55,745 nt of DNA, taken from Chiloscyllium plagiosum. Its lineage: Eukaryota. Below the pieces are notes generated by a model that made no database searches, was not told the DNA's origin, and saw only the letters and a program-made list of their open reading frames with translations. The DNA lies in assembly GCF_004010195.1 (NCBI RefSeq), contig NC_057753.1:10013679-10069423 (forward strand). The letters run 5' to 3'. Position numbers and translations under genes: made by a program. Shown piece after piece: positions 13,450-26,434 of the stretch (its first letter is position 1; each line of letters starts with the position of its first letter).

Positions 13450-14140
13450 TAAAGTCATACAGCACGGAAACAGACCCTTCGGTCCAACTTGTCTGTGCCA
13501 AACAGGCCGTATCCTAAATTAATCTAGTCCAATTTGCCTGGATGTGGTCCATATCCCTCTAAATCCTTTCTATCATGTACTCAACCAGATAACTTTTAAA
13601 ATTCCCCTCTCACCTCAAACATATGCCCCTCTAGTTTTGGACTCCCCTACCCTGGGGTAAAGACCTTGGGTATTCACCCTATCCACGCCCCTTATGAATG
13701 TCGACATGGTCACCCCTCAGCCTCCGATGCTCCAGGGAAAATATCCCCGGTGAATTCAGCCTCTCCCTGTAGTTTAAACCCTCCAACTGTGGCAACAGCC
13801 TTGTCAATCTTTTCTGACCCCTTTCAAAGTTACACAATATATTTCCAATAACAGGGAGACCAGAAACAAATGCAGTCTTCCAAACATGGCCTGTACAGCT
13901 GCAACGTGACCTCCCAACTCCTATACTCAATGCTCTGACCAATAAAAGAAAGCGTACCAAATGCCTCCTTCACTATCCTGTCTACCAGTGACTCCACCTT
14001 CAACGAACTATGAGCTTGCACTCCAAGGTCTCTTTGTTCTGCAACACCCCTCTTAAGTGTTTCAGTCCTGCCTGCATTGCTTGACCAAAATGCAAACCAC
14101 GCATTTTCATCTGCCACTCCTTGGCCCTTCAGCCCATCCA
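13450..14140 (-). mobile_element. CR1 LINE 3' fragment (paralog of 4488-5375)
   Basis: QRDLGVQAHSSLKV..., LEDCICFWSP. Confidence 0.85.
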
Positions 14141-15440
14141 ATCAATTCTAATTTATAGTGAACTCTATTTTTCCTCTCTTGTTCCCTAGAATTTGAAAAT
14201 CTCCATCAGTTTGCTCAGCCTAATCCTTCCTGTACCACAATCTGAAGGGTCTGCTTCATGCTGGTTAACAGGTCCACACTTGGTGGGAGAGGGGTGTTCT
14301 AATTGAAACAAACAATACTGAATCCTGAACAGCGTGGACGTTGGGAAGATGTTTCCATTAGTTGGAGAGACTAGAACCAGTGGGCACAGCCTTAGAGTAA
14401 AGGGAAGACCTTTCAGAATGGTGGTGAGTGGTGAATCTATGGAATTCACTGCCACAGAAGGCTGTGGAGGCCTGGTCATTGAGGATATTTATGACTAAGA
14501 TGGAGACTTTGAGTATCAAGGGGATAGAGGGTTACAGGGACAAAGTGAGAGAATGGGGTTGAGAAACCTATCAACCATTATTAAATGGTGGAACAGGCCC
14601 GATGGGCTGAATGGCCTAATTTCTGCTCCTATGTCCTATGGTCTCTTGCTGTCCTGGACACAGAGTGTGAGAATTGGAAGCAGGAGTAAGCTATTTGATC
14701 TTTCAAGCCTGCACCAGCATTCAACAGATCATAACTGGATATGAATCTGCCAACATCTACGTGGATAGGCTGGGACATTTTCACTGGAACATAAGAGGCT
14801 GAGAGTTGACCTTACAGAAGTTTATAACATCACAAGGGACATAGCTGAGTTGACCGCCGGGTATCCTTTCCCTAGGGTGGGGGTTTCAAGATTAGGCAGC
14901 AAATTTGAAGGTGAGAAGAGAAAGATTTTAAAAAGGCATGAAGGCTATCTTTTGTTTTATACACAGAGAGTAGTTTGTGTGTGGAATGAACATCCAGAGG
15001 AAGTGGTGGATGCAGGTACAGTTACAATGTTTAAAAGGCATTTGGATAAGTACATGAATAGGAAAGGTTTGGAGGGGCATGGGCCAAACACAGGCAGCTG
15101 TGACTAGTTTAGTTTGTGAGTATAGTCAGCACGGACTAGTTGGACTGAAGGGTCTGTTTCTGTGCTGTATGACTCTGTAACTGTCCTATACTGGTCTTAA
15201 AAACATTTTCTTGCCTTTCCCCATAAATGTTCACTTATTTGATGTTCAAAAATCAGATGAATGCAGCCTTGGATATATTCAATGACGCCCTAACTGCAGG
15301 AAGGCATTCGCACTTTACAGCAGAATTCCTCTTGCCAAAATACCACTTGCCTTGCTGATCGCTTGCTGCATCTGTCTGACAACTGGCAGTGACTGGTGTA
15401 GAAGGACACTGAGGCCCCTTTGTACATCCACGCATCATTC

Positions 15441-15468
15441 CTGATGAAGGGCTCGTGCCCGAAACGTC
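15441..15468 (+). ncRNA. Minimal hammerhead ribozyme core in PLE terminal repeat (best-preserved copy)
   Basis: CTGATGA-agggctcgtgccc (stem II gggc/gccc)-GAAAC-GTC; palindromic ACGT minimal stem III. Confidence 0.7.
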
Positions 15469-16046
15469 GACTCTCCTGCTTCTTGGATGCAGCTTGACCT
15501 GCTGTGCTTTTCCAATGCCACACTTTGACTCAGATCTCCAGCATCTGCAGTTCTCCCTTTCACCACATCCCAATACATCACGGTTTAAACAATACACCTC
15601 CTTTCTGCCTTTTTTCACAGCAAAGGCTATAACTTCACATTACGGTACTGCATTTGCCATGTGTTTGCAAATTGTGGTATTCTCTACATCGGGGAGACCG
15701 AGCGTAAACTTGGGAACGGTTCGCCGAGCATCGCAGCTGGGTCCGCAGAGGCTGACCAGACCTCCCCAGTCACCACCCATTTTAATTCCCCTTCCCACTC
15801 CCTTTCTGACATGACCATCTTTGGCCTGGACCAACGTTTCCAGAGTCTGTCCCCTCCCGTATTCACTCCCTTTCCTTTCAGTTTTTTCCAGACATTGATG
15901 AATATGCCCAGTGTTTTGCTGACATCGGCAGGCATGTGTAATACGCTTTTTGGGGATGCGGGTGTTTATTAATACATTTTAAATGTCCAAATGCCAATAG
16001 GGAAAAAAGGGTACAGCCACAATTGTTTTATTGCTTTTGCATTTTA

Positions 16047-17610
16047 AGACCATTCGGCCCATCGAGTCCACTCCGCCATTCAATCATGGCTGATAGGCAT
16101 TTCAACTCCACTTACCCGCATTCTCCCCGTAGCCCTTAATTCCTTGTGATATCAAGAATTTATCAATCTCTGCCTTGAAGACATTTAGCGTCCCAGCCTC
16201 CACTGCACTCTGTGGCAATGAATTCCACAGGCCCACCACTCTCAGGCTGAAGAAATGTCTCCACATTTCTGTTCTGAATTTACCCCCTCTAATTCTAAGG
16301 CTGTGTCCACGGGTCCTAGTCTCCTCGCCTAACAGAAACAATTTCCTAGCGTCCACCCTCTCCAAGCCATGTATTATCTTGTAAGTTTCTATTAGATCTC
16401 CCCTTAATCTTCTAAACTCCAATGAATACAATCCCAGGATCCTCAGCCGTTCCTCATATGTTAGACCTACCATTCCAGGGATCATCCGTGTGAATCTCCG
16501 CTGGACACGATCCAGTGCCAGTATGTCCTTCCTGAGGTGTGGGAACCAAAACTGGACACAGTACTCCAAAAATGGAGCCTAACCAGAGCTTTATAAAGTC
16601 TCAGTAGCACAACAGTGCTTTTATATTCCAACCCTCTTGAGATAAATGACAACATTGCATTCGCTTTCTTAATCACAGAGGAGAAAGTGAGGTCTGCAGA
16701 TGCTGGAGATCAAAGTTGAAACTTTATTGCTGGAACAGCACAGCAGGTCAGGNNNNNNNNNNNNNNNNNNNNNNNNNNNNNNNNNNNNNNNNCCTCTCCA
16801 CTTCCTCAGTACTACCTGCCTGTCAACCTAACTTTGTATCATCGGGAAACTTCGCTAGAATGCCCCCAGTCCCTTCATCGAGATCATTAATATATAATGT
16901 GAACAACTGTGGCCCCAACACTGAACCCTGCGGGACACCGCTTGTCACCGGCTGCCATTCCGAAAAAGAACCTTTTATCCCAACTCTCTGCCTTCTGTCA
17001 GACAGCCAATCCTCAATCCATACCAGTAGCTCACCTCGAACACCATGGGCCCTTACCTTGCTCAGCAGCCTCCCGTGTGGCACCTTATCAAATGCCTTTT
17101 GGAAGTCCAGGGAGACCACATCCACTGGGTTTTCCCGGTCTAATCTACTTGTCACCTCTTCAAAGAAATCCAACAGGTTTGTCAGGCACGATCTCCCCTT
17201 ACTAAATCCATGTTGACTTGTTCTAATCTGACCCTGCTCTTCCAAGAATTTAGAAACCTCATCCTTAATGATGGATTCTAGAATTTTACCAACAACTGAG
17301 GTTAGGCTAATTGGCCTATAATTTTCCATCTTTTGTCTTGATCCTTTCTTGAACAAGGGGATTACAACAGCGATCTTCCAATCATCCGGGACTTTCCCTG
17401 ACTCCAGTGACTTTTGAAAGATCTTAACCAACACCTCCGCTATTTCCTCAGCCACCTCCCTCAGAACTCGAGGATGTAGCCCATTGGGGCCAGGAGATTT
17501 ATCAATGTTAAGACCTTTTTAGCTTTTCTCGCACTTTCTCTTTTGTAATGGCAACCATACTCAACTTCGCCCCCTGACTCCTTTTAATTGTTGGGATATT
17601 ACTCATGTTT
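16047..17610 (-). mobile_element. Relatively young CR1 LINE ORF2 (RT) fragment, interrupted by a PLE repeat and a gap at 16678-16792
   Basis: Long open frames: [59 protein letters not shown]. Confidence 0.95.
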
Positions 17611-18679
17611 CCCTGGTAATTGTAATTTTCTTCAGTTCCTCCCTCCCTTTCAATTCCTGATTTAGCTAGTTCCAGGGTGTTACTTGTATCCTCTCTAGTG
17701 AAGATTCAAGCTCTTTTCAATTCATTTACCATCTCTTTATCCTCCGTTATTGAATCCCCATACTCATTTTCTATAGAACCAACACTTATTTTGTTAGCTT
17801 TTTTAAAGAAAGCTGAAGAAACTTTCCAACCTGTTTTTGTATTTTTGGCTAACTTTTGAACCCTAATTGCTGTGCTACTGCCTGCATTATTTCAGCTGTT
17901 TTGCCCGAGCTCTCAACTCGAGCATCAACCTGTCTGCTTCTTCTATTGAACTGACCTTGATTTAAGTATTACAAAACACACAAGTCTTTCCTCTCCAGAA
18001 CGTCTTGGTACTTAACATGATCAAATTCACTTTGAAATATTGTTCATTCAAACTTTACCAAGCACATCCTACAGATTCAACATCCCACAATGAGATGCAG
18101 TTTTGTTACAATCATTCAGTTTGAAGAGAAAAACTATTAATTTTGAAGAGAAGTTTGAAAACCCAGTCATTAACTGGAAGAACAATTTTTTTTTGTTTAA
18201 AAATGTGAAAACCTAATCAACAGGAGTAACTTAGCAGAATAGTATGTATGGCATTAAATTGTAAATCTAGTTTTCTTTCCTTCCCTGCCATAGTTCCCAC
18301 AAATCTTTATATGAATCTTGATAGTTCATTCACTTACTGGGAATAGTCCAAGACATGCAATATCTTTCTAGGATTCACTTGAATTCTTCTCAGGATTCCA
18401 AGTATATCTGGTAATTTTATGAGGATGCCTCCATTAGCTTTTGCCTAAGTGAACTTCTAGATTTCATTTGAGACTTCAAGGTTTAGATTGATCAGTTTGA
18501 GCGTTGGTTGGAAACACATCTGGTTCCTCATGGCTGTCCGTACTTTTAATCTCACAGCACCTAGTGCGTGAATGACTAAGCTGCTGCTGAACACAAACTG
18601 CTTTCTGTCAGCAATGCAAACTCGGTGGGTTGTTTGAGTGTTCTCACCATCTGGAAAAATGATGGGGCAATCTCAGCCA

Positions 18680-19078
18680 GGATAGCACAACAACACTTCT
18701 TCCTCAGGAGGCTTATGAAATTCAGTATGTCAATAATGACCCTCGCCAACTTTTACAGATGCACTATAGAAAGTGTTCTATCTGGATGTGTAACAACCTA
18801 GTCCGGCTACTGCTTTGCCCAGAATGATAAGATACTACAGAAGGTTTTATGGACATCACAGACCATCATGGAAGTCAACCTACCATCCATGGTCTCCACC
18901 TACACTTCTCTTTGCCACCAGAAATGCTGCCAACATCATCAAATTCTCCTCCAACCCCCTAATGCTCTCTCACAACCTCTTTGGTCAGGCAGAAGATACA
19001 GAATCTGGAAACACATGTACCAACAGGTTCAGAAAGAGCTTCTTCCCTGCCATTGTTAGACTGATGAATGGACTCTCT
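18680..19078 (+). mobile_element. Rex1/Babar-type LINE 3' fragment
   Basis: Translates as QQHFFLRRL.KF...LANFYRCTIESVLSGCVT and TNRFRKSFFPAIVRLMN. Confidence 0.75.
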
Positions 19079-19774
19079 TTGTACATATGGAATGATCTGC
19101 AGAGGAAGTGGTGGAGGCTGGTACAATTACAATATTTAAAAGGCATCTGGATGGGTGAATGAATTAGGAAGGATTTACAGGGATATGGGCCAAGTGTCGG
19201 TAAATGGGACTAGATTTATCCAGGTTAACTGGTCAGCATGAACGAGTTAGACTGAGGGGTCTGTTCCCATGCTGGACATCTCTATGACTCTGTCCAATGC
19301 CCACTTACCATCCCCTTCAATAACAGCATAATTGGAAGTATATGACATGGCTACAACACATAATTACAACAATTAATTATAAACGAACGTGAGAAAACCA
19401 CGAAGAGCACGTTGAATGTTTAACAATTTAATAACACTGGACAAATCTCTGACCCTTTTCACGTTCCAGTCTTGATAAATGCCATGAGGATCAGAAAGCC
19501 TTAACAGAGAGCGAATCTGAAACCCCTTCACTTGCATTCACCCTCTCTGCCGCCAGTTGGTACAAGTGTACAGTGCCTTCCCCATTCTCTCTCCCTCCCA
19601 GGATGAGGAATAGAAAGGGGGAGATATTGCTTTGCTCGCAGATGTTGCCCAGAGTTGGGGGTATCAGTCTGAAATTGATGGGAGACTGGATCAGTGGTGC
19701 TGGAAGACCACAGCAGTGCAGGCAGCATCCAAGGAGCAGCGAAATCGACCTTTCGGGCAAAAGTCCTTCATCAG

Positions 19775-19995
19775 GGCTACTTCCGCATTGTGACGTCCAC
19801 ATTCGGGGGCGGGACGTCCGGAGGGAGCTAGCCGATGACGATCCCGTGTTCCAAGCTAGTTCTCTCCTATTGGCCACGCTCCATGACGTCACACAGGTCA
19901 ACAGTGAGCCAATTGGAATCGCTGGATGACCGGAAGGAGACTGGTCCGCCTGCCAATCAGAACCGCCCCCTATTGTCTGAATGCGGAAGTTGGAC
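19775..19995 (+). promoter_or_regulatory. CpG-rich promoter of the first ZNF gene
   Basis: GC box 19805-19814, CRE TGACGTCA 19884-19891, CCAAT/ATTGG at 19869, 19909 and 19953, ETS CCGGAAG 19930 and GCGGAAGT 19983. Confidence 0.7.
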
Positions 19996-20087
19996 CATGA
20001 GCTTCTGAAGCTGATGCTGCTCCTCTCTCCCTGAATGAAGATTGAGCTTCACCTCAGATTGCAACTTCCTTTCTCTGTCTACCATCT
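19990..20087 (+). other. Probable non-coding exon 1 of the ZNF gene (intron 20088-20724)
   Basis: Donor ct|gtgagt at 20088; acceptor ctattttacag| ending 20724; the exon has paralogs at 6317-6420 and 26805-26915. Confidence 0.6.
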
Positions 20088-21068
20088 GTGAGTACGGCAC
20101 TTTCTTTTCTCACCCTCCCTTTCCATTCTGGGGTTAAACTGCTCAGTTTCTGACTCCTTATTCCATCCAGTCCATGCTGAACATGATTCTAAACTAACTA
20201 GTCTCCACCTGTCTGGAAGTGGTCTCCCATTTCAGGTAGAAATGAGGAATTTATTCTTTTCTTGTTAGTTTATGGAGTGTTCCCCCACAGAGAGTAATGG
20301 AGACTGGCTCATGGAATGTATTCAATGCTTAATTGAAGAGAATTTTGAGTGACAGGGATATGAAAGGTTATGGAGAACAGCAGGAAATGGAGTGAAGGCC
20401 AAAGCAGCACAGATATGATTTTATGGAACAGCAGAGCAAGCCCTAAGAGCTGAATGGCTCACTCCTAGTTCAATCTGTGACAACCTGTGTCCAGGGCAGG
20501 AAGAGGCGAGCATAGATCAATCAGTCAACATTTTTCAGCATTTTTAGGAGAATTTGAAGCATGAGGCAATAATACTTAGTGAGAATGGAGGGAGACTGTG
20601 AAATTGATATTCACATTCTGGGGGGATGGAGAGAAGAAAGAATGTTCCACAGGAACCAGAATTGTCTGTTTGGAATTTCTATCCTGTGTAGATGGTGATG
20701 TCTTCTGTATTCTCTATTTTACAGGATATGAGAACGGATGGAATTGCAGCCAGATATCTCAAAACAAGATCTGATCGAGACAATCGATTCACTGGCACAG
20801 GAATGTTATCAGCCTTTTGAATCTCACTAGATATTTTATTTCTCTTCTGTCCTGTCTGCTTTGAAAGGTTTCAAACTTCAGTGAGACTGAAGTACACAGA
20901 CCTCTGTGAGCATGTACCAGTGAACTGACTGTGGGAAGAGCTTTAAGCAGGTACAAAGTCTGAAATAGCAACACCCCATTCGCAGCAGCAAGACATAGAA
21001 CACCTTCCATTTGTGAGTGGTCCTTCAACTGATTGTCGACAGTAGAGGGCGGTGGGGATTCCCACGTG

Positions 21069-22082
21069 ATGGAGAAACCGTGGAAATGTGGGGACTGCGG
21101 GAAGGAATTCAAATTCCCAAGCTTGCTTGAAAGCCATCGCCGCCGTCACACTGGGGAGAGGCCGTTCACCTGCTCCGTGTGTGGGAAGGGGTTTACCCAT
21201 TCATCCGCCCTGGTGACCCACCAGCGGGTCCATACGGGGGAGAGGCCTTTCACATGCAATGTGTGTGGGAAGGCGTTCGTTCAGTTATCCTCCCTGCATA
21301 GTCACCAGCGGGTCCACTCTAGGGAGAAGCCTTTCACCTGCTCTGTATGTGGGAAGGCGTTCAACCAGTCTTCCAACCTCCAGAGTCACCAGCGGGTCCA
21401 CACCGGGGAGAGGCCGTACACCTGCTCTGTCTGTGGGAAGGCGTTCATTCAGTTATCCACCCTGGTGACCCACCGGCGGATTCACACTGGGGAGAGGCCG
21501 TTCACCTGCTCCGTGTGCGGGAAGGCATTCACCCAGTCCTCTGCCTTGCTGACCCACCAGCGAGTCCACACCGGGGAGAGGCCTTTCTCCTGCTCAGTGT
21601 GCGGGCAGGTATTCACACGGTCTTCTGCCTTGGCGAACCACCAGCGGGTACACACTGGGGAGCGGCCGTTCACCTGCTCAGTGTGCGATAAGCACTTCAG
21701 CGATTCATCCACCCTGCGGCGACACCGGTGGGTCCACACCAGGGAGAGACCATTCACCTGCTCCATGTGCGGGGAGGGCTTCATTGATTCGTCTTCTCTG
21801 CGGAGACACCAACGGGTCCACACCGGGGAGAGACCGTTCACGTGTTCCATATGCGGGAAGGCTTTCATTCAGTCCTCTAACCTGCAGAGTCACCAACGGG
21901 TCCACACCGGGGAGAGGCCGTTCACCTGCTCAGTGTGTGGGAAGGGGTTCATTGATTGGTCTTCCCTGCGGAGACACCAGCCTATCCACACTGGGGAGAG
22001 ACCGTTCACCTGCCCCGAGTGTGGGAAGGGATTCAGTCAGTCATGCCATCTGCTCAGACACCAATCCAGTCACACTGAGTAG
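21069..22082 (+). CDS. Tandem C2H2 zinc-finger protein, 12 fingers, 337 aa, no KRAB/SCAN/BTB domain visible
   Basis: Intact [15 protein letters not shown]... with 12 CxxC-x12-HxxxH units and TGERPF linkers; first ATG is 21069 (the ORF track starts at a TTG). Confidence 0.93.
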   Translation: MEKPWKCGDCGKEFKFPSLLESHRRRHTGERPFTCSVCGKGFTHSSALVTHQRVHTGERPFTCNVCGKAFVQLSSLHSHQRVHSREKPFTCSVCGKAFNQSSNLQSHQRVHTGERPYTCSVCGKAFIQLSTLVTHRRIHTGERPFTCSVCGKAFTQSSALLTHQRVHTGERPFSCSVCGQVFTRSSALANHQRVHTGERPFTCSVCDKHFSDSSTLRRHRWVHTRERPFTCSMCGEGFIDSSSLRRHQRVHTGERPFTCSICGKAFIQSSNLQSHQRVHTGERPFTCSVCGKGFIDWSSLRRHQPIHTGERPFTCPECGKGFSQSCHLLRHQSSHTE

Positions 22083-23405
22083 CGAATATTTGGATGCTTT
22101 GTGGATTTACTTGTATTAATATTCAAGAGGGCATATATTCCTTGATGAGTTGAGCACCTATTAAGACACACTTACTGATTTGGAGCATGTACTGAAGTCA
22201 GGAGGTGTGTATCTGTCATGTTTGACTCCGGAGAAATCTGCCCTGTGTAAAGATTGGCTGCGGTTTCTACGACCCCACCAGGCTGCCAGGACGATAACAT
22301 GGTGTGTGAGATTGTATTTTCGGTCTCTTTACTAACCCACTCTCAAACGCTTTCTATTTAGTCATTCATAACTCTTTTCTAACCTGCTCACAGGAGCCCT
22401 ATATCTAATAATACTGCATTCCCATTTCATTCACTCATAACTCTTTCCTATAACATAGCTTCATTCATTCAAAAAAATCGCAGTTTTGTAGTATATTTTG
22501 CTATTACAAAATAGAATAAGTTAAAACACCTCTTTCGATTCCTTCCTTCTTTTTCACATCTTCAAGCCTTATCAGCTCTTGCTACAAGCAGTGTTTAGGC
22601 CTATTTCTGCATCAAAGCTACCTCTGAATAACTGTCAACATAGTAATGTTTTCAGAACAATACCTCCCTGCCATCTTATCTCCATGAAAGAATACAATAT
22701 TAATCAGCTCTTGCCAACCGTCTATTGGGACGTGAATAAATACAGAGCATCAAACAGTTTCCCTGACTCGCAGCCACTGTCCCCTTTAAGAAACTGACTA
22801 TCGAGGCTGCGCTTCTATGAACTTGCAGGAATGAATGAAACTCATGCTGGTAAATACTAAACAAATCTCTCAATCCAGCAGTGATAAACAGTTTAATATC
22901 CTTTATTATTTTATTCAGTGCAGGTACAATGTCCAACTTATTTAGAGCATACAGGCTGAGTAATTTTACTAACATTTGCTGACTTAAAAGACAAAAGGAC
23001 TAACACCTCTTAATTCTGCAAGCAGACCACACAGACAATCTCAATCATATCGGGAGTAGTAGCCAACGTTTGTGTACAATAGTTAAAACAATGGAACACT
23101 ATAGTGACGGAATGTTAATCTCTGTAAGAACAGTGTGTAAAGAGACTGCTGTAAGGACAGTATTTGCGGTTGCTGAATAAAGAGGCTATTTTCGCCAGTT
23201 GCTGATTTTGGTCGCTATTTGAACACGATCCCACAACAGGAACAGAGAATGCTCGCCCAGTGCTGAAGGTTGGACAAAAAGGAAAACTAAAGTTTCTGAC
23301 AGTGGCTGACAATCCGAGTGGCGTTTTTGAGAAATGCCCAGAGCTATGTGGAAATTGTCAGGGTCTGGATGACCCAACGATGTTCCCGGGTTCTGAGCCA
23401 CACAA

Positions 23406-23578
23406 CAAGTGGCAGGGTAGAGGGGGGAATGTGGACACGGGTTATGTCCCCACCTGTTTTAAAAAATTCTCAAGGTCAGGTTCGTAGGAGAGTAGTCTGA
23501 CACAGAACAAACGACCAAGAGGCGAGTCTCAAGTGGCAGGGTAGAGGGGGGAATGTGGACACGGGTTATGTCCCCACC
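23406..23578 (+). repeat. Exact 49-bp direct repeat resembling PPT plus LTR start
   Basis: caagtggcagggtagaggggggaatgtggacacgggttatgtccccacc at 23406-23454 and 23530-23578. Confidence 0.85.
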
Positions 23579-24449
23579 ATAGAGCTGGACAGCACAGAAA
23601 CTGACCTTTCCATTCAACTTGGCCATGCTGACCAGATATCCGAAATTAATCTCATCCCATTTGCCAGCATTTGACCCATATGTCTCTCAACTCATGTATA
23701 TGTACAGATACCTTTGAAATATTGTAATTGTACCAATCCCACCACTTCCTCTGGTAGCTCATTCCATACATGCATCACCTTCTGTGTGAAAAGGTTGCCT
23801 CTTAGATCCCTTTCCCCATCTACCTTAAACCTATGCCCTCTAGTTATGGACACCAAAGGGTCTGATTCCATGCTGTACAGCTCCATGAATCTAGCGTAAG
23901 TGATAACATATTGGTGGGTACACACTTGATGGGCCAAAGGGTCTTTTCTGTACTGTATGATTCTGTGATCAGAAAACTCCCGTAGGGTTCCACAAAAAGC
24001 ATGCCTCTCTGAATCGGACACCATTTATAACAGATTAATGCAATAATAACCTTAACATGGAATTTAAGAACAGACATCATTCCATTAGAGCATGTTCCTT
24101 CTGTGCTGAAACCATTCTATTGTTTGTGGGAGATCAGGCTGAGGAGCTTTAATTATTTAGGTTTAGATGTTATGCATATAAGTCTGGAATAACTGTGGAT
24201 TAGGAATCGTGTTTAGAGAGAATGGTACTCCAAGCCTCTCTCATCCTGTTGCATTGACGAGAGAGAGAGGATGTCGCATCTACAAATCCGACAGAAGAGT
24301 TGTGCAGCTTGTTCGGTCAGTTGAGTTAGTTCTGCTCTCAGACAAGACTGGATGTTGATTTTGATGGATCCCTATTAAACGCTACATCAGAACACTCCAA
24401 ATCCAAGGAATGTGTCATGAGTAGATCAAACATGACATTTGTGAAGAAG

Positions 24450-25190
24450 ACTAAGCAGGGCAGACTGATACAGTGAATGGTGGAGCCCTGGGGAGTGTTG
24501 CTGAACAAATACTCCCAGGAGTGCAGGTTGAAAGTGGAGTTGCGGGTAGACAGGGTGGTGAAGAAAGTGCTTGCTTTCGTGGGTCACAGCATTGAGTAAG
24601 CGAGTTGGGAAGTCATGTTGTGGCTGTACAGGACATTGGTGAGACCACGTTTAGGACACGACATAGAAGTCTACTCGCCATTCATTTGGAAGGACCCTGT
24701 TAAACTTGAGAGGCTGCAGACAAGATTTACAGGGATATTGCTGGGACTGGAGGTTTTGAGTTATAGGGAGAGCTGGGGCCTTTTTTACCCTGGAGGGTGA
24801 GAGCCTGAGGGGTGACCTTATACTGGTTTATAAAATCAGGGGCATGGAGAGAGTGAATAGCCAAGGTCTTTTTCTCGGGGGAGTGGGGGGAGGAGGTCCA
24901 AAACTAGAGGGCATAAGTTTATGTGAGAGGGGGAAATATTTACAAAGGACCTAAGGGGAAACATTTTCATGCAGAGGGTGATGCTTGTATGGAATGAGCT
25001 GCCAGCGGAAGTGGTGGAAGTGGGTACAATTACACATTTTAAAAGGTATCTGGATGAAGGGTTCAGGTTTAGAGGGATATAGGCTAAATGTGGAATTTGG
25101 GTCTGGGCCAGATTGGAACATCTGGTCAGCATGGATGAGTTGAACCGAAGGGTCTGTTTCCATGCAGTGTAACTCTATATCTATCCCTCT
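24450..25190 (+). mobile_element. CR1 LINE 3' fragment
   Basis: MLWLYRTLVRPRL...KLERLQTRFT; CR1 tail. Confidence 0.88.
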
Positions 25191-25329
25191 TTGACCAAAA
25201 CAAGACCTCTTCACTGATAATCTTCCTGCTAGATTTTTTTTAGTGCGTCCAATTTCAGGAGATTTCTGGTGGGTAAAATTGGCATCCGTCATGTATCATG
25301 GAAATTCTGGAAAATAAAAATAAATAGTT

Positions 25330-25590
25330 CTCCCTGTGAATGGTACAATCCTCCCCACTGCTACCTCTCCAATGAACAATTACAATCCTTTCCGCCCCCA
25401 CACCCATTCAGGGTACAGTCCTCCCCTACCCACATCTGACATGAATGGTATGACCCTTACTGTCTGAATTGTATAATGTTCCCCCTCCCATGTGAATGGT
25501 ACAATCCTTTCACCCCCCCACCACATCCCATGAATGGTAGGATCCTTCTCAGTCCCCATTCCCCCCAGAATGATAAAATCCTCCCCTGAG
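25330..25590 (+). repeat. Degenerate minisatellite, core tgaatggtacaatcct(cccc), about 7-8 units
   Basis: Recurrent variants of the core spaced about 30-40 bp apart. Confidence 0.7.
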
Positions 25591-26066
25591 AATCCTGAAC
25601 TGGGAACTCCCAAGTCTCTGTGTTTCCAGCATGGACCCCTTCTGGAACTCCACTTGCCCCCTCTTGAAAAATGTCCCTTTATACCACCACTCTGCCTTCT
25701 GCCAGCCAATCCTCTATCCATGTCAGCACCTTGCCCCTAACACCTGGGACTCATCTTATTTCACAGTCTCCTGCGCTGCACCTTGTGAAAGGACTTTGAA
25801 ATCCAAATCACTCACGTCCACTGGCTCTTCCTTTGTCTAACTTACTCATTCCCTGCTCAAAGAATCCTAATAGATTTGTCAGACATGACCTCCTCTTGTC
25901 AAAGCCATGCAGATTCAGTCCTGTTTTACTGTGCACCTCGAAATATTCCACTCTCTCATCCTTCAAAATGCATGTTCAGCTTACCCATTTTACCATAAAT
26001 AAGTTCTTCTGTTCATTAAAATGTAATCAATTTTAAAGACTTCATATTATGTATGTACACTGTCTT

Positions 26067-26434
26067 TGTCCCTTGTAATATATTATCCTTCTGAAGAAGT
26101 CCTTCAAAAATATTAGCACAAGGTATGAAATGGACATTGGTGTGAAAAAGGACGAGAGGTGTCTTAATAGAGGTATACAAGATGTTGAGAGGCATAGAGT
26201 GGATAGCATTGGAAGAAATGATTGTTACAAGTTGGCATAATTTTAAAGTGTCCCTTGTAATATATTATCCTTCTGAAGAAGTCCTTCAAAAATATTAGCA
26301 CAAGGTATGAAATGGACATTGGTGTGAAAAAGGATGAGAGGTGTCTTAATAGAGGTATACAAGATGTTGAGAGGCATAGATAGAGTGGATAGCATTGGAA
26401 GAAATGATTGTTACAAGTTGGCATAATTTTAAAG
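26067..26434 (+). repeat. Near-perfect tandem duplication (182 + 186 bp)
   Basis: 26067-26248 repeated at 26249-26434 with one substitution and a 4-bp indel. Confidence 0.92.

Noticed and set aside
21259..22119. Overlapping alternative-frame and antisense ORFs
   Set aside because: Shadows of the repetitive zinc-finger coding sequence
23406..23578. CRISPR-like repeat-spacer-repeat
   Set aside because: Only two units, vertebrate context, no cas genes; a PPT/LTR junction explains it better
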